From an uncultured Desulfosarcina sp. (GTDB taxonomy: Bacteria > Desulfobacterota > Desulfobacteria > Desulfobacterales > Desulfosarcinaceae), in assembly GCA_963674945.2 (NCBI GenBank), contig CAXXWQ010000004.1:640001-704000 (forward strand): a stretch of DNA of 64,000 nucleotides, written 5' to 3'. The translations under genes were made by a program, and so were the position numbers. Shown here in pieces: positions 51,876-62,450 of the stretch (the first letter of the stretch is position 1; the number at the start of each line of letters is the position of its first letter). Below the pieces are notes generated by a model, which worked only from the letters and a program-made list of their open reading frames with translations, was not told the origin of the DNA and searched no databases.

Positions 51876-52526
51876 CTACCCCCTGGCGGCTACGATCGCC
51901 TTGACTTTCTCGATGGCTTCATTGGCGGTGTCGCCATAGGCATCGGCGCAAACCTTGTCGCACCACTCCTGCGTCATGCCCCAGCCACCGATGATGTATA
52001 TCACCTGGTCCCTGATGCCCGCTTCCACCAGCGCATCATGAATCACCTTGCAGTACGGCTTCTGGGGGCCTAAAATCGCAGAAGCGCCAACGACCTTGGC
52101 ATTGTACTCCTTGGCCGCCGCGACAAAGGCATCCGCCGTCTGGTTCTCACCGATGTCGATCACATTGTAACCGGCCGCGGTAAACACCGAGGCCACGACA
52201 CGCTTGCCCACGCAGTGCTCGTCGCCTTCCACCGTGCCGATCACCATGTTCTGGCCCACACCCGTGGATCCTTTTTCCATCACCGGCTTCAACCTGGTGA
52301 TCACATCGTTTAACAGCTCGCCGGCCAGAACCAGGTCGCTGGTGAATCGCGTATGGGCATCGAAGCCCTCACCGATGATGGTCAGACCCGGTTGAAGCCC
52401 TTCGATGATGATCTCCATGGGATCCATGCCCGCCTCCAACGCTTCGTCGACCAGATCCATTACATCGTCGTCTTCGATCTCAACGGTGGCTTCCGTTAAT
52501 TTCTTAAGGATTTCCTCTTTAGACAT
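51876..52526 (-). CDS. Corrinoid protein, duplicate copy
   Basis: Identical to 48417-49067. Confidence 0.9.
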   Translation of the reverse strand: MSKEEILKKLTEATVEIEDDDVMDLVDEALEAGMDPMEIIIEGLQPGLTIIGEGFDAHTRFTSDLVLAGELLNDVITRLKPVMEKGSTGVGQNMVIGTVEGDEHCVGKRVVASVFTAAGYNVIDIGENQTADAFVAAAKEYNAKVVGASAILGPQKPYCKVIHDALVEAGIRDQVIYIIGGWGMTQEWCDKVCADAYGDTANEAIEKVKAIVAARG

Positions 52527-52568
52527 TCGCTCTTTTCTCCTTACTATTGGGTATAGACTTGAGAATGG

Positions 52569-53816
52569 TTAGAACCTTGCCATTTTCTTGGTCATATCAA
52601 ACAGCTTGTCCACATACTCCATGGGAGTCCAGTAGTCGAGAACACCGAGGGCCTGGAAGTGCTTGGGATATTTCTTGGCTTCGGCAACGCGCACTTTCAG
52701 TTCCGCTTCCACGGCGTCAAAATCGCCATCCAGAACGATATGGTCATCCACACTGCACCCGCAGTACAAATCCTTTTCCCTGGCATAGGCATGGATAAAG
52801 GCGGGATCCATCTCAGGGCCGACCCACCAGCCGTCGAAACTGCCCGGACCGACAGCGCCATGGGGATAGTAATGCTCCTGCCAGTGTTCCCATCCGTTTG
52901 CGCCCAGGGTATGCCACATGGGAATATCCTTGCCCAGATGAGACTTGATCGTCTTTCCCACGTCCGCATACACATCCATGATGAACGTATTGTCCAGTTT
53001 TTTCGTCTTCGGAGGAAATGATCCCATGAAAGAGCACATGTACAATCCATCCGGGCCGGTCTCCTTGCACGCCTTGCCGAATGCCTTCTGGAACTCCGCC
53101 GCCTTCCACATGCACGCCTGGAACAGCTCGGGATTTTTCTTCATCATCACCGTGCCGGGACCAAAACCGGTCATGCCCAAAAACATGGTGCCCAAAGGAT
53201 CTCCGCAGAACGACAGCTCCACAGGCAACTTATCGGCAACACCGTATCTTTTCATGATCGTTTTTATCTCTTTGGCCGCCCAGAGGTATCCGGGATACAG
53301 GCTGTGCTTCTTCGGATCGGCCGGCAATACGCTCTCCAAATCCTCCATCGTCTTGATCGGCGGCTCGCCCACCATCTGCGGGGTCCCGTAGTCGATCATC
53401 CGCCCGTTGCCGCCCCAGCACTCTTCCGTATAGTGGATCACGTAAATGTTGATGATATCCAGCTTGAAACGCGCGGCCATGGCCAGATGACCCATGATGT
53501 GAAGCTTGGGCCGCTGATATAAGTCACCGGGCTTTATGGCGTCCGCCCAGGAATCAAGACAGCGAACGGCATACGGGACATTGTACTTGCATTCGATGTG
53601 AAGACGGTCCTTGTCTTTCTTCTCGAAGGTAGCCCGAAATCGCTCCATCGGCGTCATCTCTTCCTCTTCACAGTTCTCGCCGATCTTTTCGCACAACCGC
53701 TTGAGGATCAGTTCCTCCTCCACACTCCACTCAAAATGCTGATCCTCCAGCGGTACGCCGTACCAGTCGGATGGAGCATTTTCCATGTGTCCAATTTTTA
53801 CCTGTGGTTCCGCCAT
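52569..53816 (-). CDS. UROD/MtaA-fold methyltransferase, duplicate copy
   Basis: Identical to 49110-50357. Confidence 0.85.
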   Translation of the reverse strand: MAEPQVKIGHMENAPSDWYGVPLEDQHFEWSVEEELILKRLCEKIGENCEEEEMTPMERFRATFEKKDKDRLHIECKYNVPYAVRCLDSWADAIKPGDLYQRPKLHIMGHLAMAARFKLDIINIYVIHYTEECWGGNGRMIDYGTPQMVGEPPIKTMEDLESVLPADPKKHSLYPGYLWAAKEIKTIMKRYGVADKLPVELSFCGDPLGTMFLGMTGFGPGTVMMKKNPELFQACMWKAAEFQKAFGKACKETGPDGLYMCSFMGSFPPKTKKLDNTFIMDVYADVGKTIKSHLGKDIPMWHTLGANGWEHWQEHYYPHGAVGPGSFDGWWVGPEMDPAFIHAYAREKDLYCGCSVDDHIVLDGDFDAVEAELKVRVAEAKKYPKHFQALGVLDYWTPMEYVDKLFDMTKKMARF

Positions 53817-54570
53817 TATGAGTTCCTCCTATTAAAATTATTCGCTGCGGGACGATTTGGGTGATAACCTTCAAGAAGCGTCAAAACAATGATTCCCGGT
53901 ATCAATACCCTATTATAATAAACCCAACAATCGCCGTCTCATTATGGATGTTCCAAAGCCATTGCACTTACGGATGTTAGAGGTCACGTAATTTATGAAC
54001 CAAGTGATTCGGAATTAACATTTTCATTTCCATGTTGTCAATTTTTTTATGCAAAACAAATAAAAGACCTAAATAACTGAATTTGATATCATTATTATCA
54101 TACCTGCAAAAAACCATCAAACTGTCTTGAAAATAATATTGATTTATACCAATATAAATTGTAATGCAAACACATTGTCAAGTTTTTTATGCAAAGTCAA
54201 GGTAATTTTTTATTATATTGATATTATTAATAATTTAAAACATACTTGAACCAAAAAGACTTTTGGTAAAAAAAATTATCCAATTTTTATGTTGAAAATA
54301 ATATTGTTATAGTTGAAAATAATATTGTCGGATAATTCATTGACACAATTTTGATGAACGTGTAGTTTGCTAGATTTTTAAAAACTACGATTCGAAGTAG
54401 TTGGAACTTTTTACCGTGCCATCTATATCGATAATGGGCAAAGGAAATTCCAAAGACTCCTACTTCATTTTCACCAACAGCCAACAAAAGGAACATCCTA
54501 CCTTAATATAATACGTCAACCCATTTAACCGAAGCATATGAATAGGGTGAACATTAGGGGTGAATCAACT

Positions 54571-55119
54571 ATGATAGATGACGCAGAGAGAAAAGAGGCT
54601 GTTAAAAATGTGACACAATTTATTTCGAAGAATTTACTGGAAATTTGGAAATTAATCGATAAGATGCTGCCCGAGCAACTGGATCCAATCAGGGACGGAC
54701 TAAAACGACGTTACGGCAAATCCGGCCAGGGAGCCGGACTTACCACCAATTTTTTCATGTTCCTGTGCGTCGCCGGTGTTCTTTATCGGGACGGAATCAT
54801 GACAATGGGTCAGCTCAGCCGGGCGACATCTATTCCTCACGCTACGATCACCCGTATGGTTCGTTGGATGGTCGATAATGGATATGTCGTTCGAAACCTG
54901 GATGCGCAGGACAAGCGCATAACAAACATCCGCCTGACGGACAGCGGCCTGGAGCTTCTTCTTGCCGCCAAGGAACAATTGAAAGATTTTGCCATAATGC
55001 TCTTGGAAGGCCTTCCAAAGGTGCAACGGATGGTATTTATATTGAGTATATCCGATGTCTTCAGCGCATGGCAGACCGTCATGGAGCGGCAAAACGACCC
55101 GGACTATCATTCAAGATAG
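54571..55119 (+). CDS. MarR family transcriptional regulator (paralog 3, diverged)
   Basis: MTMGQLSRATSIPHATITRMVRWMVDNGYV..DKR. Confidence 0.9.
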   Translation: MIDDAERKEAVKNVTQFISKNLLEIWKLIDKMLPEQLDPIRDGLKRRYGKSGQGAGLTTNFFMFLCVAGVLYRDGIMTMGQLSRATSIPHATITRMVRWMVDNGYVVRNLDAQDKRITNIRLTDSGLELLLAAKEQLKDFAIMLLEGLPKVQRMVFILSISDVFSAWQTVMERQNDPDYHSR

Positions 55120-55760
55120 GGCATATCTGTACATAGCAAATAATGAAGTAAATCATACCATTCTGCGAAACATTGCACTCTATTGCGCCCATCTCGTTAT
55201 TTCGTCTACTTCGTTTCCAGATGATTTCAATATCGACCATCCCGCAATAAGCCGGTAGTCAAGTTGCAATCAATTGACAACCGAAAAAGATATAACATTC
55301 CTGGATTATTGATTATTCTATGTTTCCCGATCAGCGGGATCTATGAACAGTGTCAAATTCTTTACCCCATGGGCGACACTATACCAAAGACATTTTCCGC
55401 TATATCTTCGGCAAGTTCGACAATGGGCCTGTTTCAGGCAAAGCCACGTTTATCGGGTGTATGATTTCAGCACCCGTTCTGTTGTTCGACAGGCGCCTTT
55501 TCCTACCGGAATAGATGAAATTATTTTCAACTTATTTTAATTTATTTTCAAATATGAGGCGCAAATTTTTATCGACAAATGCTTATACATCTGTATTTAT
55601 TGTTTTTATATGATTCACCAATGTTTGTATAATCAATATTATTTTCACCAATTGCAAAATTTGCCTTGATTTTACCAAAAAAAGTTGACATTCTCGGTGA
55701 TAAATATGTTGGCGACACATTCTTGAGACACACAACTTTTCACACACAGGAGGTACTTGT

Positions 55761-57197
55761 ATGGCAACCTTTCGTAAAGCACATCACCCGTTATACTATG
55801 ACCTAGCGGGGATAGTCGGGCCGCAATACGCTTCCGACCAGGATCACGTGCTGGAAACTTACAGCAGGGATACCAGTCTGCTGCCACCCAACAAGCAGGG
55901 TGTAGTTGTGCGACCAGGCAGCACCGATGAGGTACAGGATATCGTCAGACTGGCGAATGCAACCAAAATTCCCATCGTGCCCAGCGGTGGAAGGGCGTCG
56001 TTTTTCGGTACCCCCAAGGGAATGCATGGAAGAGGTATCGTGGTCGATATGACCCGTATGAATAAGATGATAAAAATCGACGAAACCAACCTGTCGGCAA
56101 CTGCCGAAGCGGGTATGAACACGGCGGAACTGACCACCAAATTATGGGATGTCGGATGGGATGTACATACCGCTTTCCAACCCTGGTACTCCGATACGCT
56201 GGGCGGTCAGATTGCCGGTTTCGCCGGTGCCGGCGCCGGTTATGAATTGCCTTCGGCGGGACACAACGCCGTGCATATCCCCGGACTGAAGGTCGTACTC
56301 GGAAACGGCGACGTCGTCCAAACCGGAGCCGGTCGGGGATTCAACATCAATGCCAAAGGAATCTACGATCCCTACCCCGGATTTGCCAATCTCGGCGGGA
56401 TGTTCATGGGCTCCTCCGGTACGTTCGGCATCATCACCGAAGCGACCTACAGGATGTACAGATTTTCTCCCATAAGAAAGGCTCAGTCTTACTATTTTAA
56501 AGACTTTGACCATGCATGGGAGTGCGCATGCGATATGAGTACGATTGAACCGCTTCCGTATTATTTCATCGTCATCATTCCGCCCACGGATTTCACCCGG
56601 TCCATGGGGCAGGAATCCCATATGATCATTACCATCGCCAAAGGCAACACGGAAAAGGAAGTGGATGCCAAGGTGGAGATTATCGAAGAATGCTATGCCA
56701 AGCACAAAGCGTGGCTCGCAGAAGGCCCCCAGCCGGAAGACTGGAAAGCCGCTTCCGTAGAAGGCAGACGTCACCGGGAGATGGGTGAGTTCGCTACTCC
56801 GGGGTACTGGAGCTTCTTTGAGTATTACACCGGTCGCGAGCAGATACCGGATTGCCATTATACCATGGCCCCATGGATTTATGAACAACTGGAAAAGAGG
56901 GGTGTTGAATACCGGTCCAACGAAGGCTGTGTCGCCACCGGCTCGACCTGCTGGATCATTACCACCATCATCTTCATCAAGGGTGATGACCCACACGCTA
57001 GGCAGGTGGTTGGAGAGGTCTTCGCCGAAGGCGCGGAACTGGCAGCTTCCAATGGATGGACCCCGGATTGCCATCAGGGGTGGGGTACCCGCTGCATGGC
57101 CAAGTACTGGCCCAAAGAGCATTACCAGTTCGTCAAGACGCTCAAAGGGGCATTGGACCCGAACAATATCATGAACCCCGGAATCTGGGATCTATAA
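55761..57197 (+). CDS. GlcD-like FAD-binding oxidoreductase
   Basis: Paralog of 19294-20733; GGAGG RBS. Confidence 0.9.
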   Translation: MATFRKAHHPLYYDLAGIVGPQYASDQDHVLETYSRDTSLLPPNKQGVVVRPGSTDEVQDIVRLANATKIPIVPSGGRASFFGTPKGMHGRGIVVDMTRMNKMIKIDETNLSATAEAGMNTAELTTKLWDVGWDVHTAFQPWYSDTLGGQIAGFAGAGAGYELPSAGHNAVHIPGLKVVLGNGDVVQTGAGRGFNINAKGIYDPYPGFANLGGMFMGSSGTFGIITEATYRMYRFSPIRKAQSYYFKDFDHAWECACDMSTIEPLPYYFIVIIPPTDFTRSMGQESHMIITIAKGNTEKEVDAKVEIIEECYAKHKAWLAEGPQPEDWKAASVEGRRHREMGEFATPGYWSFFEYYTGREQIPDCHYTMAPWIYEQLEKRGVEYRSNEGCVATGSTCWIITTIIFIKGDDPHARQVVGEVFAEGAELAASNGWTPDCHQGWGTRCMAKYWPKEHYQFVKTLKGALDPNNIMNPGIWDL

Positions 57198-57219
57198 GGG
57201 TTATCCAATAAAGCGAGAG

Positions 57220-58428
57220 GTGAAGAGAATGGAATTAGAAAAACATAAGAGAGGTATTTATAGTTGCGTCCGGTGCGGTGTGTGCGTGTTCAAGTATAAT
57301 CCCTGGGGAACAAAAAAGGTATGCCCCATCCGTGAGCACACCGAAGGCTTTGAAACCCGTGCAAACCGGGGAAGGGTCCAAGTTGCCAGGGGCGTGCTGG
57401 AAGGAACCATCGAAATCACACCCGATCTGGCGGAAGTGGCTTACTCCTGTCTGCTGTGCGGCAACTGCCGTCAGGCATGTGGTGCACTGGACCTGGAGAA
57501 CAACCTGAAACCACTGATCATTCAACCCCACATCAACAAGGCGTTGCGGGCGGATTTATATGAGTCCGGCATTGAACTTCCCGATGCGGTACACCAGTTT
57601 TGCGATACCGTTGAGAAGACCCAGAATGTCATGGGGTATGCGAATGAAGATAGGGCCGAATGGGCCGAAGAGGAAGATATAAAACTCGATCCCAATGCCG
57701 ACCTCATTTATTTTGTCGGTTGTCTGACGAGCTTTCGGGAAGTTGAAATCGCCCAGGCGGTGGGTAAGATTCTCAACATCCTGGACATCCCCTTCAACAT
57801 CCTGGGAGAGGAAGAGCACTGCTGCGGCAATCCCATGCTGATGATGGGCAACCTGTTTCTGGCCAAGGATTTGATGCGGCACAACTATGAGCTGATGAAG
57901 GGCAAGAAAGTCGTTGCCTCCTGTGCCGGCTGCTATCGCATCCTTCTTCAGGATTACCCCAAGATGCTGAAGCTGGAAGGCGATGATTATAAGATCGAAC
58001 CCATACACATCGTGCAGCTGCTGGCCGAACAGATCGAACAGGGCAAGGTGAAGTTCACCAAAGAGATCAACAAGACCGTAGTCTATCACGATCCTTGCGA
58101 ACTGGGTCGGGACACGCAGACCTACGATGCGCCGCGACAGATTCTCGAGGCCATTCCCGGGCTCAAACTCGTGGAGTTCGAGGCCAATAAGGAACAGACT
58201 TGGTGCTGCGGCGGCGGCGGCGGTGTGAAAGGCACGAACTATGACCTTGCTGTGGAGATTGGATCCGACAAAGTCAAACAGGCCAACGACGTCGGCGCTG
58301 AGATGATCGTATCCGCCTGCCCTTCCTGCAAGAGAAACATCATCGACGGCATCAATCTCGTTGGATCTGATCTGGATACGCTGGACGTTCTGGAACTGTG
58401 TATTGAAGCTGGGATCACAAAAGCATAA
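57220..58428 (+). CDS. GlcF/HdrD-like Fe-S oxidoreductase with CCG domains
   Basis: C-terminal ~300 aa identical to 20740; N-terminus diverged. Confidence 0.9.
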   Translation: MKRMELEKHKRGIYSCVRCGVCVFKYNPWGTKKVCPIREHTEGFETRANRGRVQVARGVLEGTIEITPDLAEVAYSCLLCGNCRQACGALDLENNLKPLIIQPHINKALRADLYESGIELPDAVHQFCDTVEKTQNVMGYANEDRAEWAEEEDIKLDPNADLIYFVGCLTSFREVEIAQAVGKILNILDIPFNILGEEEHCCGNPMLMMGNLFLAKDLMRHNYELMKGKKVVASCAGCYRILLQDYPKMLKLEGDDYKIEPIHIVQLLAEQIEQGKVKFTKEINKTVVYHDPCELGRDTQTYDAPRQILEAIPGLKLVEFEANKEQTWCCGGGGGVKGTNYDLAVEIGSDKVKQANDVGAEMIVSACPSCKRNIIDGINLVGSDLDTLDVLELCIEAGITKA

Positions 58429-58445
58429 TGTAAGGAGAATGAAAT

Positions 58446-58892
58446 ATGCCGAAGATTGGTAAGTATTGGGTAGACAAGGATCTTTACTACTGGCCCCATG
58501 ACACCGCGCACAGCTGGGCGAAAAATGAAGACGGTAAAATCAGAGTGGGCGTCGACGACTTTGCTCAGAAGCAGGCCGGAGAACTCAAGTTTATGAGACT
58601 TTTCCCCGCCGGTAAGAAAGTGAAGCAGGGAAAACGGTTCGGAACCCTGGAGACGGCCAAGTGGGTCGGCCCATTGTTGTCGCCTGTAAACGGAACGATC
58701 GTAGAGACCAACCAGGCGGTTCTGGACCAGCCGACGCTGGTCAACGAAGACCCTTATGGCGATGGCTGGCTGGTGATTATCGAGCCGTCCGACATAGATG
58801 ATGATATGACCCGGCTGGTGAAGGGAGACTCACCCGAAGCTGCCGAATGGATGAAGAAAGACATCACTGAGATCGCCAAGGAAAATGTGTAA
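58446..58892 (+). CDS. gcvH: GcvH/LbpA-like lipoyl-carrier protein (type B)
   Basis: Identical to 21966-22412. Confidence 0.88.
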   Translation: MPKIGKYWVDKDLYYWPHDTAHSWAKNEDGKIRVGVDDFAQKQAGELKFMRLFPAGKKVKQGKRFGTLETAKWVGPLLSPVNGTIVETNQAVLDQPTLVNEDPYGDGWLVIIEPSDIDDDMTRLVKGDSPEAAEWMKKDITEIAKENV

Positions 58893-59267
58893 TAACGTAC
58901 TTCACCTGCACCGCAGGTGGTAATAAAAAGCCCCCTCGAAAGAGGGGGCAATAAAACGGCGGCATACACAATCCCAACGATCGTGGCATAAATTTCGCCA
59001 TTTATCTATAGGTTCTTCCTCCATTTTCGTCCTTTTGGCTTTTCGGAGGGAGAGCCTATTTATGCTCATAGGATCGGCAGAACCGTATGCGTCCACGACG
59101 AAACGTGGGTGGCGAATGCCTGACGGTAAGAGCCTCGATATTATACTAACGGGAGCCCATAATAGCATCCGCACCTTACTGTTCGCAGCTCATGGGAAGT
59201 GTAAGAAGTATTACAGGCAAAGGGCTTCAGGGGCTGATGCTACTTGTTCATAATGAAGAGGGATAGA

Positions 59268-60704
59268 ATGGAGAAAAACATCAATTCGCAACTGTCCAAG
59301 ATCGTAGGAGAGGAAGATATCGCTACCGATGCTTTTGAGAGAATGCTCTACAGCCACGACATAGCGCCTCTTCCGAGCCTTCTATCATCAGTATTCAAGA
59401 CCATTCCGGATGCTATTGCCCGACCCGAAAGCAGCCAGGAGCTGGCGCAAATAATGCGCTTGGCTTCACAGCACGAGGTGCCGGTGGTCCCGAGAGCTGC
59501 CGCATCGTGGGCTTTGGGTGGCGTCATCCCTACGAAAGGCGGCATTGTTCTGGATCTGGTAAAGTTAAACAGAATTATCGCATTGTCCGTCGACGAATCA
59601 TGGGTCGAAGTCGAAGCCGGCGTCATATTCAAGAATCTGATGACCTACCTGTCGGATAAGGGGATGGCCGTATTGTCCTGTCCGACCAGCGCACCTTCTT
59701 CTACCATTGGCGGCTGGGTCAGCACCGGTGGCAACGGCCTAGGTTCATTGAAATATGGGCCGATCCGTGAACAGGTGATGGAGCTTGAGATCGTCACGCC
59801 CACAGGTGAAATCAGGAGGGTTTCCAGGGACTCCACGGGTCCGAACATCGATTGGTTTTTTGGAACGGAAGGCCAGTTTGGTGTAATTACCAAGGTGAAG
59901 CTGAAAATACGCAAAAAGCCCGAAAAACAAATTGTCCGCGGTTTGTATACGACGGGACACAAAGAGCTGGCACAGTTGGTAGCTGAATTAAAAGGGCTTC
60001 CATATGTTCTGATAGCTCTCGATTCGGATCTGATGTCCTTCAAGGATAAACTGCACGACAGAAAAACAAAAGGGAAAAATCTGTTGCTGGCTGTCTTTGA
60101 AGGGACTGAAAAGGATGTCGATTCCGCTGTGAGTGCCTTCGACGGCATTGTCCAGAAAAGAGGACTGCAAGACATCGGGGAACATCTTGCCATGGAAGAG
60201 TGGGAAGAAAGGTATCAACCGATGAGAGTCGGCAAGCTGGGCCCCACGCTCCTTTCAGGAGAGTTCAGTGTCCCGATTGATCAACTGCAGCCTGTGCTTG
60301 ACAAAATCAAAGTGCTTCAAAAGAAAAGCGGCATGAAAATCGGGGTGGAGGTACAGGTAATTTCCCAAAAATCGGCGTTGGTATTGGCGATGTACCTTAC
60401 TGACGAGAGAAAGCCGATCAGGTATTTAATCCATATGGGACTCGTTGCAGATATAAACAATATCGGATTCTCCCACGGAGGGCAACCTTACGGAATGGGC
60501 ATATGGAATTCCTTCTCCCTGAAAAAGCTTTACAGCAGGGAGCAAATAAAGAAACTGAAACGTGCAAAGAAAGAACTCGATCCGAAGGGGATAATGAATC
60601 CCGGTAAGTTTTTCAAAGCCGAAACCCAGTTCGGAATATCCATTCCCCCGATACTTTTTGACACCTCAATGAAGGCTCTGAGCGTTGCCCGACGATTCCT
60701 GTAG
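59268..60704 (+). CDS. FAD-binding oxidoreductase (second type)
   Basis: Identical to 22788-24224. Confidence 0.9.
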   Translation: MEKNINSQLSKIVGEEDIATDAFERMLYSHDIAPLPSLLSSVFKTIPDAIARPESSQELAQIMRLASQHEVPVVPRAAASWALGGVIPTKGGIVLDLVKLNRIIALSVDESWVEVEAGVIFKNLMTYLSDKGMAVLSCPTSAPSSTIGGWVSTGGNGLGSLKYGPIREQVMELEIVTPTGEIRRVSRDSTGPNIDWFFGTEGQFGVITKVKLKIRKKPEKQIVRGLYTTGHKELAQLVAELKGLPYVLIALDSDLMSFKDKLHDRKTKGKNLLLAVFEGTEKDVDSAVSAFDGIVQKRGLQDIGEHLAMEEWEERYQPMRVGKLGPTLLSGEFSVPIDQLQPVLDKIKVLQKKSGMKIGVEVQVISQKSALVLAMYLTDERKPIRYLIHMGLVADINNIGFSHGGQPYGMGIWNSFSLKKLYSREQIKKLKRAKKELDPKGIMNPGKFFKAETQFGISIPPILFDTSMKALSVARRFL

Positions 60705-60715
60705 GAGAGACAGAC

Positions 60716-61888
60716 ATGGAAATTTCAGATCTCAAGAAATATAGCATTGATATTGACCCTTTGGTTTGTGTCCAGTGTGGTTATTGCCGCACCGTTTGCC
60801 CCATATTCGAGCAAATTCCCTGGGAGTCGGCTTCACCTCGAGGAAAGCTTTTTTATTTGAAGGAGCTTGTTCGAAAAGGCGCCTCAGAGCTTGATGAAGA
60901 CTTTGCCAATCGCCTGTTCCAATGCACGCTGTGCGGTCGTTGCGAGGAGGTGTGTCAGCTTGCCATTAAAACCGAGGATATGTGGCGAAAGGTCAGAGCT
61001 GCCGTATATGAAGCCGGCAAGAGCCCCGAGCCGATCATGGCGATGGACGGGGGACTTGCGGAAAAACAGAACCCATATGGTTCGGACTCATTTTTACGTG
61101 ACATGTGGACCGACTTTATGGATGATGACGAAATTCCGGATAAGGAAACGGCACACACCATATTCTTTGTCGGCTGCACGTCGGCCCTCAAAGCGCAGAC
61201 CCAGGATATTCCCGCGGCAGCGGCGCGTATTCTTAATTGCGCCGGTGAGGATTGGACGTTTTTAGGTGAGGACGAGGTGTGCTGCGGTTCACCCAATATG
61301 ATGGTAGGCAATCTGGAAAAAGCGAAAGATCTTGCCAGACAGAATACGGAGCAATTTGAAGCAAGGGGCGCCAAGAGAATTGTAACGAATTGTCCCGGCT
61401 GTTACCGGGCCCTGGAGAAATATTCGGAGATGCTCGGGCGTAAGCTTGACTTTGAAGTACTTCACCTTACCGAGCTTGTCAGTCGATATCTGAAGGAAGG
61501 GCGTATTAAAGTAAAAGAGAAGTATAAGGAAAAAATCATCTATCATGATCCTTGCGAGCTGGGACGCCTGAGCGGCATATGCGAAGACCCCAGAGCGATT
61601 CTGAAGGCAATCACGGACCAGCCCGTTGACTTTCCGGAGAACAGGGCAGACAGCCAGTGTTGTGGTGGAGGCGGATTGCTTATGGCGGTAGACGGTGATT
61701 TGCGTCTTCGGATCGGAGAGAACAAAGCCAAAGTGGCAAAAAAGATGGGCGCCGATATCATCACATCGGCCTGTCCGTCCTGCAAAATGGTACTTGACGA
61801 TGCCGCAAAGAGCTTGAAAACCGGCGCAAAGGTGCTCGACATAATGGAGCTCTTGGCTGAAAAACTGGAAGACCCTGCTGAAGAGTAG
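60716..61888 (+). CDS. HdrD/GlcF-like Fe-S oxidoreductase
   Basis: Identical to 24236-25408. Confidence 0.9.
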   Translation: MEISDLKKYSIDIDPLVCVQCGYCRTVCPIFEQIPWESASPRGKLFYLKELVRKGASELDEDFANRLFQCTLCGRCEEVCQLAIKTEDMWRKVRAAVYEAGKSPEPIMAMDGGLAEKQNPYGSDSFLRDMWTDFMDDDEIPDKETAHTIFFVGCTSALKAQTQDIPAAAARILNCAGEDWTFLGEDEVCCGSPNMMVGNLEKAKDLARQNTEQFEARGAKRIVTNCPGCYRALEKYSEMLGRKLDFEVLHLTELVSRYLKEGRIKVKEKYKEKIIYHDPCELGRLSGICEDPRAILKAITDQPVDFPENRADSQCCGGGGLLMAVDGDLRLRIGENKAKVAKKMGADIITSACPSCKMVLDDAAKSLKTGAKVLDIMELLAEKLEDPAEE

Positions 61889-61907
61889 GTGCCACAAAGG
61901 AGATACC

Positions 61908-62405
61908 ATGGTGGATTTCTCGGATTTTGGTGAGATCGCATGCGCCATCGACAATGATGGTTCGTATAGTGTTGGTGTTGCCTGGGACAAGAAAACCGGT
62001 TGCGCGTCGTATGTTCGGGACCGGCCTGCTTTCGGCGTGGATATGCCCGTGGCCCACGGCGGGACCGGCGTCAATCCCTGTCCCGGCGAACTGCTTTCGA
62101 CCGCGGTCGGCAGTTGCTTTATCGGGACGTTTCTGGTATTTCAAAGACAGCTTCAAGTCGAGCTGCTCGATATGCGGGCCTTTGTTCGGGGTACTCTCGA
62201 ACTGGGAACCGAGGGGGATAACGAAGGCAAATACGATATCACCAAAGTCGACGTGCATGTGAAGGTGAAAGTGGAAGGCGATGATTTTGAAAAGGAAGTT
62301 GTGGAGGATTGCCTCAGAATGACCAGGATGCATTGCCCCACCACACGGCTTCTGGAAAAATCCATTCCTGTAAACGTTACCACTGAAATCGAAATGGTGG
62401 AATAA
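61908..62405 (+). CDS. OsmC/Ohr family protein (intact)
   Basis: PCPGELLSTAVGSCF and MHCPTT. Confidence 0.85.
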   Translation: MVDFSDFGEIACAIDNDGSYSVGVAWDKKTGCASYVRDRPAFGVDMPVAHGGTGVNPCPGELLSTAVGSCFIGTFLVFQRQLQVELLDMRAFVRGTLELGTEGDNEGKYDITKVDVHVKVKVEGDDFEKEVVEDCLRMTRMHCPTTRLLEKSIPVNVTTEIEMVE

Positions 62406-62450
62406 TCACCCGGGTCCATAAGGACCCGGGTTTCTAGTAAGGAATCAGAA

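Larger units (their letters stand above)
46984..53833. repeat. Tandem duplication of 3391 bp (46984-50374 and 50443-53833) with a 68-bp unique spacer
   Basis: Constant 3459-bp offset; identical ORF translations in all frames. Confidence 0.92.

Noticed and set aside
54290..54328. Short direct repeats as a CRISPR array
   Set aside because: Only two adjacent units with a 21-bp period, no spacers and no cas genes; better read as operator sites
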